Assembly: GCA_001179505.1 (NCBI GenBank)
Contig: CDMY01000313.1
Location: 62,020 to 126,019 of the forward strand
Length of the DNA stretch: 64,000 bases
Source of the DNA: Vitrella brassicaformis CCMP3155
Taxonomy: Eukaryota > Protista > Chromerida
Direction: 5' to 3'
Shown here: one piece after another, positions 1 through 12,749 of the stretch
How the letters are laid out: each line of letters opens with the position of its first letter
Position numbering within the stretch: position 1 is the stretch's first letter
The notes under the pieces: model-generated
What the model was told of the DNA's origin: nothing
The model's input: the letters and a program-made list of their open reading frames with translations, nothing else
The model's database searches: none
Translations under genes and position numbers: made by a program

Positions 1-1524
1 ACGCGGCACTTCTTTCTTTCACACACACGACAAACCCCCCCCTCATCCCTCTCTCTGCTTTGGCGCTCTCGATCTCTCTACCGACTCGCCCGGCCATCCA
101 TCAATTGGTGAGTGTGTGTATGTGTGTGTGAGTGTGTGCGTGTGTGTGTGTGTGTGTGTGCGTGTGTGGGCAGCAGTCACGTCACATGTTTGATGAGACA
201 AAACGGCTGGCCGCCCACACCACACACACGCACACGAGAGCGGTGGCACTTCCGGCACTCTCCTGCACTGCCTCTCTCCCGTCCCCTTCCCCCTCCCCTC
301 TGCACCCATAAATTGTGTCTCGGTGCGGATCAGTGAGTGGGTGGCCAGAACGTGTCAGGCAGGCCGTCCGTAGCTCTACAGCAGCAGCAGCACATGGACA
401 TACACATACACATACACATACACGCGGATTGGAAGAGGGACGAAGGAAGGCATGGAGGCGCCAAGACGGCGCCAAAAAATCGGAGCAGCGTAGCGTGCGT
501 GGGGGCAGCTGCTCTCTGTTGTGCTCTCCTCTCCCCCTCTCTCTTTCTCTTGCGTGTGGTATGCACGGCTCGCCGCACTCGTGTAAGTCATACGGGCTGG
601 TATGGCTGGATGTCTGTGTGTGGGCGCCACACTGCTGCTGGCCCAAGGGCCGCCCGATGAATGGAGATCGTTAGGAACCCCCCCTCTCCCCCTTCATTCA
701 TGCGCACGCAAGAAGCCAGCCAGAAGAAGCCCAGTGGAATGGAAGACAGAAGCAAGAAAGAAGGAAAGCGGCTGCACATGGATTGGATTGCCCCACACAC
801 AACATCTCTCTACAATACAACGAAAGCGCTACCAGTCAATTCAAAGGTAGGTGTTTCAAAGCAACACACCCCAGCCAACCCCGGGACTTGACATAGAAAA
901 AACAACAACACCACAGCGCCACTTCCTTTGGTTGTGTCCCTCTGGGCTGGGTGGAGTCTGCTCGGCAGAGTCCAAGGCCGCCATCTCATTTGAGAGCAGA
1001 GGTAGTGGGTTCCTCTGGTCGCAAACAGGATGGCTGACACAGACCTTGACGCGCAAACACCTCACCCAACGAGGGAAGACCGTCACCCGGTCTGTCTGTC
1101 TGTCTGCCGTCCTCGTGTGTCTCTGCCCTGTGTGTGGGGGCTGTGTACTGCTCGGTTCGCCGCCCAGCGCGCCGGCAGCACACTTATGAGAAGAGAGTGG
1201 CTCGTCTCTTCCCGTCAGTGAAGCGGCCGCACCGAGCGGCGCACCAAGCAACACACACACACACGCGGGAGGCTGGCAGATTTACGTTTGGGCAAAACTG
1301 ATATGGATACACACAGCAGAGAGGGTGCAACACAACTCAGCTCAGGCAGGAAACACCCTCCCCCCCTCCATCTCTCTCTCCCCTCCCTCCCTCCCTCCCT
1401 CCCTCACTACATCCCTCTCTCCCTCCCTCTCTCTACAGGCGCCTTCCGTGAAGGCACCACAGACTGCCCCCAGATGTCAGATGTCATCCACACATCGTCC
1501 GTCGATTGTCTGTCTGTCTATCGT

Positions 1525-2892
1525 CTAGCTGGCGTTGGCCTTGGTGAAGGTGAGGTTGTTCTCCTCCGCGAACCGCTCCATGAACCGCATGAACCGCGAC
1601 CAACCGTCGGGGCCCTGCATCACATACGTCGCCTGCACCACACACATCACAACACACATCACACAACACACACACACACATGCAGCTGTCCCCGGGGGGC
1701 CTTTGTGTGGGGCGGATCGGTCGCTTACTGACCTCTATAGCGTTTGGCACATTGTCGACGAACCGTGCCTTGACGTCCCGCGTGAGCAGGACGCCCTCCT
1801 CGTCTATCAGGTACATGCCCGTCACCTCGCCCAACTGCGGATCGACCTCACGGAACAAATCCGGGTCCTTACAGACACAGACACACAGACACAGAGGCAG
1901 GTGAGGAGGGCAATGATGAGAGAGAGGGGGGGGGGGGGGGGGGGGGGGNNNNNNNNNNNNNNNNNNNNNNNNNNNNNNNNNNNNNNNNNNNNNNNNNNNN
2001 NNNNNNNNNNNNNNNNNNNNNNNNNNNNNNNNNNNNNNNNNNNNNNNNNNNNNNNNNNNNNNNNNNNNNNNNNNNNNNNNNNNNNNNNNNNNNNNNNNNN
2101 NNNNNNNNNNNNNNNNNNNNNNNNNNNNNNNNNNNNNNNNNNNNNNNNNNNNNNNNNNNNNNNNNNNNNNNNNNNNNNNNNNNNNNNNNNNNNNNNNNNN
2201 NNNNNNNNNNNNNNNNNNNNNNNNNNNNNNNNNNNNNNNNNNNNNNNNGGGGGGGGTTGTTGTTTGTCTGGCTTACTCTGAATCTGAACATGGCAGTCCC
2301 GTTGGACCCGTCGCGCGACCGCGTGAGCTTCACCTCGGGCACACAGCTCTCCCGGATGCCACGGATGAACTCTATGCGCGTCTGCACGTATTGCACACAA
2401 CAAACCAGCCACACACCCACACACAAAGGCCATCCAGCACTCCTCTGTCTGCGCGTGGTGTGGGTGTGTGCCCGCCCGCACCGTGGTAGGTCTTTCCAGG
2501 GTGGCGACTGATCGGCGCACGGGCACTTCGGGCGCCTGCCGCTGACGCATCAGACCTGCCCATACACACAGAAGCATCCACACATGAGACGAGACACATG
2601 CTCAGCTCTCACGGATGCAGTGAGCGACGCCGCGTACCTCTTAATCGAGTCGCACGCAGGAGAGCGAAAGGAGACGAGAAGGCGGCATCGTCAGCTGCAG
2701 ACGCTGCCAGCGCCACAGCAACCACATTGTACGACAACGCTGCACAACACACAGTCAGCCCAACACACACACACAACGAAGCCAATCCACGCCTCATCTG
2801 CGAGAGACGCCAGCCTGCTCCCTGTGTGGGCCGCCCTCACCTTGGTAGCAAAAGACCAGAGCCAGGAAGCATGACGATCTCCGTGTCACCAT
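1525..2892 (-). CDS. psb28: Photosystem II assembly factor Psb28, nucleus-encoded with bipartite plastid-targeting leader (multi-exon)
   Basis: Spliced translation: [17 protein letters not shown]|...[19 protein letters not shown]...|[32 protein letters not shown]|[46 protein letters not shown]|...[25 protein letters not shown]. The motifs match the Psb28 family; introns are GT-AG; one intron spans the N gap. Confidence 0.93.
1949..2248. other. Assembly gap (N run) inside a Psb28 intron
   Basis: 300 N flanked by poly-G on both sides. Confidence 0.99.
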
Positions 2893-3301
2893 CGGGCACG
2901 GCACTGTCTGCCGATATGCCGCACACTCTACGCGCTGATCAAGCAAACCAGCTGCTGGCAGACAGGCAGGCAGGCAGGCAGGCAGGAGGCCGGCCCAGCC
3001 GGCAACCGTCAGCTACGCGCTCACAGGAAAGCTACAGATCGGAAAGTTCTCAGCTCAGGCAAGGAGAGGAGGCAGCTGCGGCACGTCTGGAGGCCTGCAG
3101 GGCCTCAAACGGAGCGAAATCCGCGTCCAGTAGATCTGCAGCGAGCTTAGCCTTGAAGCTCGCAACAGTCAGCTGAGCTGGCAGCACCCTTTCCCCTTTG
3201 CAGCAGCAGGCGTCCCAACCGCCCTTTTTCCCACCTCTCTCCCTCCCCTTCCTCTCCCCTCCCAGACACACGCACACACATCATCCCCGCCGTCAGTGAG
3301 G

Positions 3302-3959
3302 ATGATCATCCCGGAAGGCCCGTCGCTTGATCTGTCTGTGACGCTGCTGCTGATCCTTCCGCCGATAGTGGGGCTGATATGGTCTGTGTACGAGACGGTG
3401 TTTGTGACGAGGATCCAGCTGGTCGGGCCGAACGGGGGGGACAAAACCATGAGGGCGCCCATTCACTCAGACACTGAGGTGAGCTCAGCTCAGGGAGAAA
3501 GGCGCAGAGGGGCAGGGTGGAGGTGGCGGGAGAGATCTGACCCTTTTGGATCTTCTGTTGGCTGACGATGGTGGTGTGTGTGTGATTGCCTGTGCAGCCC
3601 GGCGAGAATGTGGAGAATCAGCTCAAGCAGATGAAGAGCGTTGCCGAGAACATCGCCAAGGGAGCAAACACATTCTTGTTACAGGTGCGGACACACACAC
3701 ACGCACACACACAGACACACCGACTCACTGCAATCGATTATGTGGTGTGCTCCCTCTCGGTTCCCTCTGTGTCTGTCTGTCTGTTGTCTGTCTGTCGTGT
3801 CTGTCGATCGCCTCCATCCATCCATCCATTTATCAGGAGTACAAGTACATGGCGGTATACATCGTGGTTTTCTCTGTGTTCATCGCCTTCTTCGTCGACC
3901 CTGGTCAGCCAGCCAGGGAAAGAAACGTGCCAAGCCGGGAGGGTCAATCTTGCAACACG

Positions 3960-3990
<31 letters not shown>

Positions 3991-6900
3991 GTCCACCCCT
4001 GTCGTGTGTGTGTGTGTGGTTGTGTGCAGCGACTATGGTGTCGTTCATTGTGGGTTCCCTGACGTCCATTCTGTGCGGCTACATCGGCATGAAGATCGCA
4101 GTCTATGCCAACGTCCGCACTTCACACGAGGCTTGGAAGGAACTCGGTGAGTGAGAGCCAGCCAGCAGCACAGCAACACTTCTCCCTCCCTCCGTCTCTC
4201 ACTGTGGTGCCCTCGTGTGGTGTGTGCGTGGTGTGTCAGGTCCTGCCTTCGAGGTGGCGATTCGTGCCGGCTCTGTCATGGGTTTCACGTTGACTTCGCT
4301 GGGCGTTATCAACCTGTTCCTCCTGATCGTCATCTATCGCCTGATACCCAACATGGACACACAGGCATGCTTCGAGGCCATCGCTGGTCGGTCGAAGGAA
4401 GCTACCGCAGACAGACACACCAGACACACAAGACACGTTCACCGGGTGGCTGTGTTGCCGTGTTTGTCGCACACATGTGCCCAGGTTATGGTCTGGGTGG
4501 CTCGTCGATCGCCCTCTTTGCGCGTGTGGGTGGCGGCATCTACACCAAGGCCGCGGACGTGGGCGCCGACCTCTCGGGCAAAAACGACTTCGGCATGGAC
4601 GAAGACGACCCAAGGTCTGCCGACTTTTTGGCCATCCTGCCTGCGAAGCGAATTCCCCCGTCTGTCTCTTTGCCGTCCGTGCAGGAACCCCGCGTGTATT
4701 GCGGACAACGTGGGGGACAACGTGGGCGACGTGGCTGGGATGGGCGCCGACCTGTTCGGGTCGCTGGCCGAGTCGACGTGTGCCGCTTTGGTGATTGCGG
4801 GGGCCAAGACGAGCGGGCTCAACGCCACGTGGGCCGGGCTGATGTACCCGGTGCTGATATCCTCGACGGGCATCATTGTGGGGCTGCTGACCATCATTGC
4901 CGTGAGGGTGTTCATCCCCGTCAGGGAGATCTCGGACATCGAAAAGGTCGGCCAGTGAGTGAGAACGGGAGAATAGTCAGCCAGGAGGGACAGACAGAAG
5001 GTGTCTGACCGTGCTTGTGCTGTGTGTGTGGTCGAGCATCAGGCGCTGAAGGGCGTGTTGTTCATTTCGACTGGGCTGGAGACGCCCCTGGTTGTGGTGC
5101 TGTCGCTACTCTTCCTGCCTGAGAAGTTCACTCTCGTGTCGGGCACTACCACGCTCGAAGTGCTCTGGTGAGGGAGGGCAGCGATGCGACAGACAGACAG
5201 CACACAGAGGATGGGTGCGATGGTTTATGGGCGTGTGTGCGTGTGTGTGTGTGTAGGTGGAAGGCGATGATTTCGGTGCTGCTCGGTCTGTGGTCGGGCC
5301 TCATCATCGGCTACGTCACGGAATACTACACCTCACATTCATACTACCCCGTCAGGGTACGTGCCTTCCCTTCATCTACGGCCACCACCACACACACCAC
5401 ACACACAATGATCTATCCTCTCTCTCTTGTGTTGTGTGTGCAGGAGATCAGTCGCACCCAGATTGTGTCAGCAGCCACGGGCATCATCTACGGCATGGCC
5501 CTCGGCTACATGTCCACCGTCATACCCGTCATCTGTATCGCCATCTCTGTCTGTGTGGCGCACTCCTTCTGCGGAATGGTCAGTCAGCCCTAGCCAATAC
5601 ACACACACACATCCATCCGACCCTGCACACACGCGTCAATCGGTTGTCCCCCTGTGTGTGTGTGTGTGTGTGCTCGGCTCAGTATGGAATTGCTCTAGCC
5701 GCTTTGGGTATGCTGTCGACTCTGACGATGGGGCTGACCATTGACGCGTACGGGCCCATCAGTGACAACGCCGGAGGAATCGCAGAGGTCAGCCCGGCAT
5801 CAGGCCAGGCGCCCGACAGACCAAAAACAGCCGGGCTCATTGAGAGGTGTGTGGTGTGTGCGTGTGTGTGCAGATGGCGGGTCTTGGTGGTGAGGTCAGG
5901 TACCGCACTGATGCCCTCGACGCCGCCGGCAACACAACCGCCGCAATCGGTAGGTACCCATCACACCCATACACACACACAGAGGTCTTCTACGTCTTCC
6001 CGTCTGTGTGTGTGGTGCAGGTAAAGGTTTTGCCATCGGGTCCGCAGCGCTTGTGTCGCTCGCCCTCTTTGGCGCCTACACGGTGCGGGCCAAGATCGCC
6101 TCAGTGGACATCCTGGACACTTGGACCTTCAGCGGCCTGCTGTTTGGCGCGATGATGCCCTACGCCTTCTCCGCCATGACCATGAAGTCCGTCGGCGTCG
6201 CCGCAAACGATATGGTGCGTGCGCGAGGGAACGATAGCACAAAGAATGGTGTGGGTGGGAACTTGTGTGTGTGTGCGTGTGTGTGTGTGTGTGTGGTTAG
6301 GTGAAAGAGTGTCTGGATCAGTTCCCGGGCATCATCAACGGGACGATGGAGCCGCAGTACGAGAAGTGCATCTCCATCTCGACCCAGGCGTCACTGAGGG
6401 AAATGATCGCACCCGGCGCGCTCGTCATCCTCTCGCCCATCCTTTTCGGCCTCGCCTTCGGCAGAAACTGCACAGCCGGTCAGACAAACACACCACCACC
6501 ACCTAAGGTGCATCCATCGGCCCTCTCTCTCTCTCCCTCTGTGTGTGTGTGTGTGTGTGCAGGTCTGCTTGTGGGGGCGTTGGTGTCGGGCATTCAGCTG
6601 GCCATCTCGGCGTCCAACTCAGGAGGCGCATGGGATAACGCCAAGAAGTATATCGAGGTCAGGACAGAGGCGATCGATGCATCACCTGAGGGCCTATACT
6701 GATGCCGCTGTGTTGTGTTGGGTCTGATGCGTGTGATGGTCAGTCTGGCGCACTTGGCCCCGATCACGCCAAGGGCAGTGCCGCACACAAGAATGCCGTC
6801 ACAGGCGACACCGTCGGCGACCCTCTCAAGGTACACAAGACACACCGAACCGCACACACAAACACAAAACACGCGGATCGCCCCTCCCTTCCTGCGTGTG

Positions 6901-7087
6901 TGATGTGATGGTGTGTGCGGATCAGGATACATCCGGCCCTTCCCTGAACATATTGGTGAAGCTGTCGGCCATCATCAGTCTGGTCTTCGGCAGCCTCATC
7001 AGCAGAATGTCCAACGAACACGGCGGACCGGTTTGGTTAAAGACGGGTTCCGTCACGGCGCCACCACCCGCACTCGCAGCGCTTTAG
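3302..7087 (+). CDS. VP1: Vacuolar-type H+-translocating pyrophosphatase, K+-dependent type I (AVP1/VP1-like), many exons
   Basis: Canonical motifs [91 protein letters not shown] and [21 protein letters not shown]; many TM segments; stop TAG at 7085-7087. Confidence 0.97.
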
Positions 7088-8999
7088 ACAAACCAGCGGG
7101 AGGCAACGAAGGAAGGGCGTACACCGTATACGTATGATCTATATATCATGGTTGTTGCTTTCTCTTCATGGAGAGAGAGGGGAGAGGGAGGGAGGGAGGG
7201 AGGGACATGTGTGCTGTGTGTCGGGGGGGCGATTTTGTGCCTGCCTCTCTGCCTGCCTGCCTGCCTGCCTGCCTGCATGGCGTAAGTAAGTATTTTAGTT
7301 GGTTCGCTCGCTCTCACCCCCTTGCTGTTTCACGCCGGCATACGTAACTCTCTCTCTACGCGTCTCGTCTCGTGTCGTCGGTTCCTGGAGATGGCGAAGC
7401 GGGCGTATCCCAGCCGCATCCTTGGGCAGCGATGCGGCTGAGATGGGTCCGCCTCACCATCTGTCGGAACACGCACACCTGACGGCTCACATGGTTGCAG
7501 GAGCCTTCAGGTGATCGACATCCGTGTTCTAGTCGCTTTGTGAGATGACTGACACTTGACTTACCGTCAGTGATGCAATGCCCGCGAACCTGTGAAGGGA
7601 TTTGTGGGCGAGGCAGCACCGACGGCGTGTTGAAAGTCTCGGCATCTTGCTCGGAGTGAAGAACGTCGATATGTTTCATCTGTCCATGGTGCACTGTAAT
7701 TGTTTTCGTCTGGTGGCACTCCACTCACTTTCCCGACGTCCTGTGTGTGTGCGTGTGGATATCTGTGGAGGGTTTATGCACTCACCCACCGCCCACCCGC
7801 TCTCGCTCTCGCCCTCTGTCTCGTTCGCCCATCCCTCCCTCGCGCGCACATCACATGGTTTTGTTGATGGAGGACTGATGGCTCTCTGTCTGTTTGCGTG
7901 TGCGTGATGTGTGTGCGATGTCTGTTCCGACCGACGGATGGGAAGACAGCGGTCCAATTAGGGTGGTGGAAACTTTACATGAGTGCCTGCGCGCACACAC
8001 ATTAGAGCGGAGCACAACGCCACAAAGAGGGAGAGGGAGAGAGAGCTTCCATGCGTATCGCATCCATCCATCCATCCATCCATGTGTCTGTGTGAGTGTG
8101 TTTGCGCGTGTGTATGTCTTGCGCACAAAGGCCATTAATTCGACACTTGCTTGTGTGTCCTGTGTGCTTATGAGCGTGTGCGTGCCCCATGCGATGTGTG
8201 TGTGGCCACGACGAGACAAGACGAGCCAAGGCGACAGACAAACTTTATCTGTGGTGCACAACCCACACGCGCACGCCACTTCACTTTCGTTTCAATGTGC
8301 TCTGTGCGTGCGTGAACCGATCCATGTGCGCGTCTGTCTGTCTGGTTACGTGAGACAGACAGACAGACAGACAAGGGAGTTTTCCATAGCAGCAAGCACG
8401 AGCAGCAGCAAGCCAGCGACCATCCATGCATTCCTCCTTGGCTATTTTTGCGCCGGCCCTCCTCCCTCCCTCCCTGCCTGCCGGGCTCGTGCAGTCCACA
8501 GATGTGCTGTTGGTTTACATCTGTGTGTGTGCCTGCCGTCGTTTTGCGTGCGTGTGCATGTCTGTGGGTGTCGGTCGACGAGGAGAGCAAAAGAGTACGG
8601 TAGGAGCGGAGCGATGGTCGGCTGACTGGTGCCATGCTCCCTCCAGTTTCAAGCATCGAGCCAGCAAACAAGCAACAGAGGGATAGTCGATAAGTACACT
8701 CTTACGTCGTGTGTGTGCGCGTGAATGCCTGCCTGTCTGTCTGTCTGGTGTCCCCTCTGCTGGCTGGCACCTTCCTTCCTGCCTTCCTGCCAGACGGACG
8801 TTTTGCCGACCGATCCACCCCCTCTCCCCTCCCACCCATGACTACTCGTCAATGCGTGTATGCCTGTCTATGACCGAAATGCTTCGATTCATTCATTCAT
8901 ACCACGATCTGTCGTCAGTCAACGAGCAAACAAATAGTCACCTCGCCACACAATACGCACACACGAACAAAACTGTACACAGCAATAGAGCTAGCAACA

Positions 9000-10697
9000 T
9001 CACCTCATAAGGATTCCATCGACAGCACTCTCAGCGTTCGCCAGCCGCTCCCCCACCCCGTCCGCACACGCAAAGGGCTGCACAAAGGAGATCCCCGTCA
9101 CGCGATACACCGGCCCCCCACAGTCAGGCAGCCTCTCATGAGTCCCCACCAGACACACCCAGCCGTGGAACGCCAGCAGGTCGGGAAGCCACACAGACAA
9201 GACCGTCTCATTCGCCGCGCCCTCGAAAAGCGCCGGGGTGCCATCACTCGCTGCTGCTGCTGCTGCTGCAGCTGCTGCTGCTGGCGGTGGCGGCTGCAGG
9301 GGGATGTTTGCCGGCAGGGTGGGAAGGTGGTCTGTCCAGATGTCCGCTGCCGCCATCGCGCGGATGCAGGGCAGCTCCGGGTGGCTGCTGTCGATGAGGG
9401 AGAGCTCAATCGTCAGCCGCTGGGGGTCTAGAACGGCATCCTGCCCCTCTCGCCTGTACCTCAGCCGGGCGGCGTGGACCGCCACGTAACGCCACTCTTC
9501 TCCCCCCTCCACCTCTGTGTCCATCATTGCTCCATCTCTCATCGGCTGCTCCTCATTCAGCCCACCGAAGTCTATGTCGTCAAGCAGGTCCTCTATGTCA
9601 GCATCTGCTGGCGCCGCAGCAGCAGCAGCCGCCGCCGCCGCAGGAACAGCAGCTGCAGGAAGAGCCACAGGAGCTCCGGCAGGTGGTGGTACTAGATCGT
9701 TAAGTCCGTCCAGCAAATCGTCAAGGTCGGCATCATCATCAAACATCGAGGACGGCATCGTCGGGATCGGCTGCATCGGCTGCAGCTGCTGCTGGCCCTC
9801 ATAAGCGACAGTCATCCCCTGCGGTGCTCTCGCCGGTCCTCTCGGCCGCACCACACGCGCAGGGGGCGGCAACGGGCGTGGGCGTGGGCGTGGCGGGAAG
9901 AGGGCTGGGGGTGGTGGCCGTGCAGCATTGTTAAATGGCTGTTGACTGATGAAGGCGTTGCCGTTGTTGCTTGGTGGCGCTCTCTTGGCTCTCTTGTTGG
10001 CATTCGCTGCTGCTGCTGCTGCTGCTGCTGGGTGGGTGGACGCAGAGGGGAGGGCGAGAGCTGTGGCATCGGATGGGTCGTCGCCGCCACCACGCAACGG
10101 CGGCAGCTCGTGCAGGAGGGTGACGTTGTCGGCGGTTAGAAGCACCTGCCCACGACGGATCAGCGGCCCGCCCTGCACACACACACACACACACGCAGAG
10201 CAGGTGGATCACTGTGCATGTGTGTGTGTGTGTGTGTTTGACGGCTGTTGTTCTCATCTCACCTGTATGAGCAACTTCTGCAATGGGAAGAAGCCATCGC
10301 TCGGCACGTGGGCCATGCGCCGGTACTCGAACGCCTCAAACGTCACCCTCCCATCCGTCAGCCGAAACTTGAGCGCCCGCTGCGCCCTCTCGCCCCCTCC
10401 GGGACCCTTCCTCTGCCCGCCGTCCCCCTCTTCGCCCGCCTTTCTGTTCTTGATGGGACGAGCGATGTCCACCACATCCTCTATCTGCGCCAGCACCCTC
10501 CCTGGTTGCAGCGCGGTGCCGTGTGTGGAGTCGATAGGTCCGGCGAGGGAGCCCCGGGCCACTATCTGCTTGAGATCAGCCGCGAGGAAGGCCTGCCACT
10601 CGTCGTGTTGAGGAGGCGCGTTGCTGATGAGTGATCGCCAGTTGGGGCGGAGGGACGTGCTGGATAGCGTCTGGAGGGTTCCAGAAAGCGAAGCCAT
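9000..10697 (-). CDS. RMI1: RMI1-like (RecQ-mediated genome instability 1) OB-fold protein, 2 exons
   Basis: N-terminal FLAADLKQI...VLAQIEDVVDIARP...LKFRLTDGRVTFEAFEYRRM...KLLIQ|GGPLIRRGQVLLTADNVTLL resembles DUF1767 plus the RMI1_N OB fold. A low-complexity linker and a C-terminal beta-rich domain (LTIELSLIDSS) follow. Intron 10173-10262. TDRD3 shares this OB fold, but no UBA/Tudor domain is visible. Confidence 0.72.
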
Positions 10698-10869
10698 TCA
10701 TCAGCTCTTCATTCAAGCTCGCAAACCGGTTTGCGATCGCGAGGGGCAATTCACCACCACAGGCCCATTGCAGCAGCGTCAAAGTGTGTGTCTGTTGCTC
10801 TTCTAAGGAGATCTACAAACATCCCATCGCCTCAGCGTTCGTTGCCTTTTTGCACCTTTCCGCAGCGTC

Positions 10870-12544
10870 ATGATCTGCTCACGAGCAGCTCAGAGGCAAG
10901 CAGCAAGATGCGCCGCCGCCCACAGCACGCAGCCGGCAGATGCACTCATGCCCAAGATGCCGCTGAGATGGAGCTGGAGTGATCGACGATTGTGCGCCAC
11001 GTCCGCTCGCAGAGCTGCTGCGGTGGATGCGGCAGCAACAGCATCGACAGCAGCCGGCGGATACTACCCCACACAAGGGCCCTCTCCCGAGCAGCTTGCC
11101 GGCTTCTACCCGAGACCTCAGGTGTGTCCACCTGCACTGCCTCGCTCCACTCACTCAGTCATATTGGTATGTCGTCCGTGTGTGTGTGTGTGTGTGTGTG
11201 TGTCCGCTCCACTGCACTTGCGCAGGGCCCGGCAGCCGAGGGCGAGAGGAAGGGCTGGGGCCTGAGCAAGTTCCTGGTCTATGTGGGCATCCACCTCATC
11301 CCCATAGGCGGCGGCATCTATCTGTTCCACTCGGCAACGACGCAGAAGGAGGCGGCCGAGGTGGCCGAGACGGAGGTCGCCCTCACGGCCGACTCGTGTC
11401 TGAGGGAGGCCATGCAGATCGTTAAGACGGCCGCCACGTGCCTGTGTCTGTGTCCCAGTGATGATGACATACAAGCTTGTGAGTCCCACACACAGAGAGG
11501 GAACAAAGTGTGTGTGTCATGGTGTGTCATGGTGTGGTGTTGCTGTTGCTCTAGTTGAGATTGACCCCCACGAGCCAGAGTATCGGAGTCTGTCGCTGCC
11601 GGAGCAGCCGGTGATTAAGGGCGTGCAGAACAACGAGCTCATGGACCTGTTTGCAGGCAAGCCTCAATCAGTGGATTGGTTCACGATGCGGTCATCCACG
11701 CGTGTGTGGTGTTGTGTGGTGTGTGGTGTGGTTGGTGGGTGTGTCAGGTGAGAGGGGTCTGGTCTCCCTGCCCTTCAACTTCATCCACTTCGGCGTGAGC
11801 GCCTCGAGTGACGTCTTTCGAAAGCTGAAAGGCAACAACAGGCGCATCACCATCATCTACTACTCTGACGTCAAGTACGCGACCCAGACAGGCAGGCAGA
11901 CAGGCAGGCCCNNNNNNNNNNNNNNNNNNNNNNNNNNNNNNNNNNNNNNNNNNNNNNNNNNNNNNNNNNNNNNNNNNNNNNNNNNNNNNNNNNNNNNNNN
12001 NNNNNNNNNNNNNNNNNNNNNNNNNNNNNNNNNNNNNNNNNNNNNNNNNNNNNNNNNNNNNNNNNNNNNNNNNNNNNNNNNNNNNNNNNNNNNNNNNNNN
12101 NNNNNNNNNNNNNNNNNNNNNNNNNNNNNNNNNNNNNNNNNNNNNNNNNNNNNNNNNNNNNNNNNNNNNNNNNNNNNNNNNNNNNNNNNNNNNNNNNNNN
12201 NNNNNNNNNNNAGGCAGGCCCACCCCCCCCCCCTCTCTCTGTGTGTGCATCTGCCTGTGTGTAGGCATCGTCACCTGGTGGTGCACGGCACAGCAGCGGT
12301 CATCGACTCAAAGGAGCAGCGGCGGCACTACTGGAAGAGGCGATGGGGCGCCTCCCTCACAGACGATGACTATCGGCTGGTCAAGGTCATCCCCGACCGC
12401 ATCAGTCTGCAGGGCAAGGGCGAGGGCGACGTGCAGTGGCGGCTCATCACTTTGCGGCGGGGGAGAGAGGGGGCAGGCGGGGGAGTCACAGGGGCCACTG
12501 ACACTGGTGCCGTCCTCAGGGAGGAGTGGCAGCTGGAAGAATGA
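10870..12544 (+). CDS. FMN-binding split-barrel (pyridoxamine-phosphate-oxidase-like / general stress protein 26-like) protein with one TM helix and a probable mitochondrial presequence
   Basis: Arg/Ala/Ser-rich N-terminus; TM segment KFLVYVGIHLIPIGGGIYLF; C-terminal IHFGVSASSDVFRKLKGNNRRITIIYYSD..HLVVHGTAAVIDSKEQRRHYWKRRW...DYRLVKVIPDRISL is typical of PNPOx-like barrels. Start is ambiguous (10870 or 10948); an N gap lies in an intron. Confidence 0.68.
11912..12210. other. Assembly gap (N run)
   Basis: About 300 N; both flanks carry aggcaggccc, so the contig ends may overlap. Confidence 0.99.
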
Positions 12545-12749
12545 AAGTCTGGATAAGAGACTGGGAAAGGGGAGAGGAGGTGCTCTTATGTGTGTCTGTT
12601 TCCTGAGTGCATAGTGACTGCACTGCGTGTGGTGGTGTGCCGTGACCAGCTGTGTGTCCAAAAGCCGATGTGGGACACGATCCATGCAGACAGACGCACA
12701 AACACGTTCTCAATTGAGTACACACCCGTCCGTCGGTCAGTCAGTCACC

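Noticed and set aside
1-1480. Many short ORFs in the first 1.5 kb
   Set aside because: Driven by TG/CA/CT microsatellites; no consistent spliced frame or domain could be built. Probably UTR or intergenic, though a small gene cannot be excluded.
7090-8999. ORFs up to 243 aa between the PPase and RMI1
   Set aside because: Translations are VCVC/THTH-type repeat products; the region lies between convergent 3' ends.
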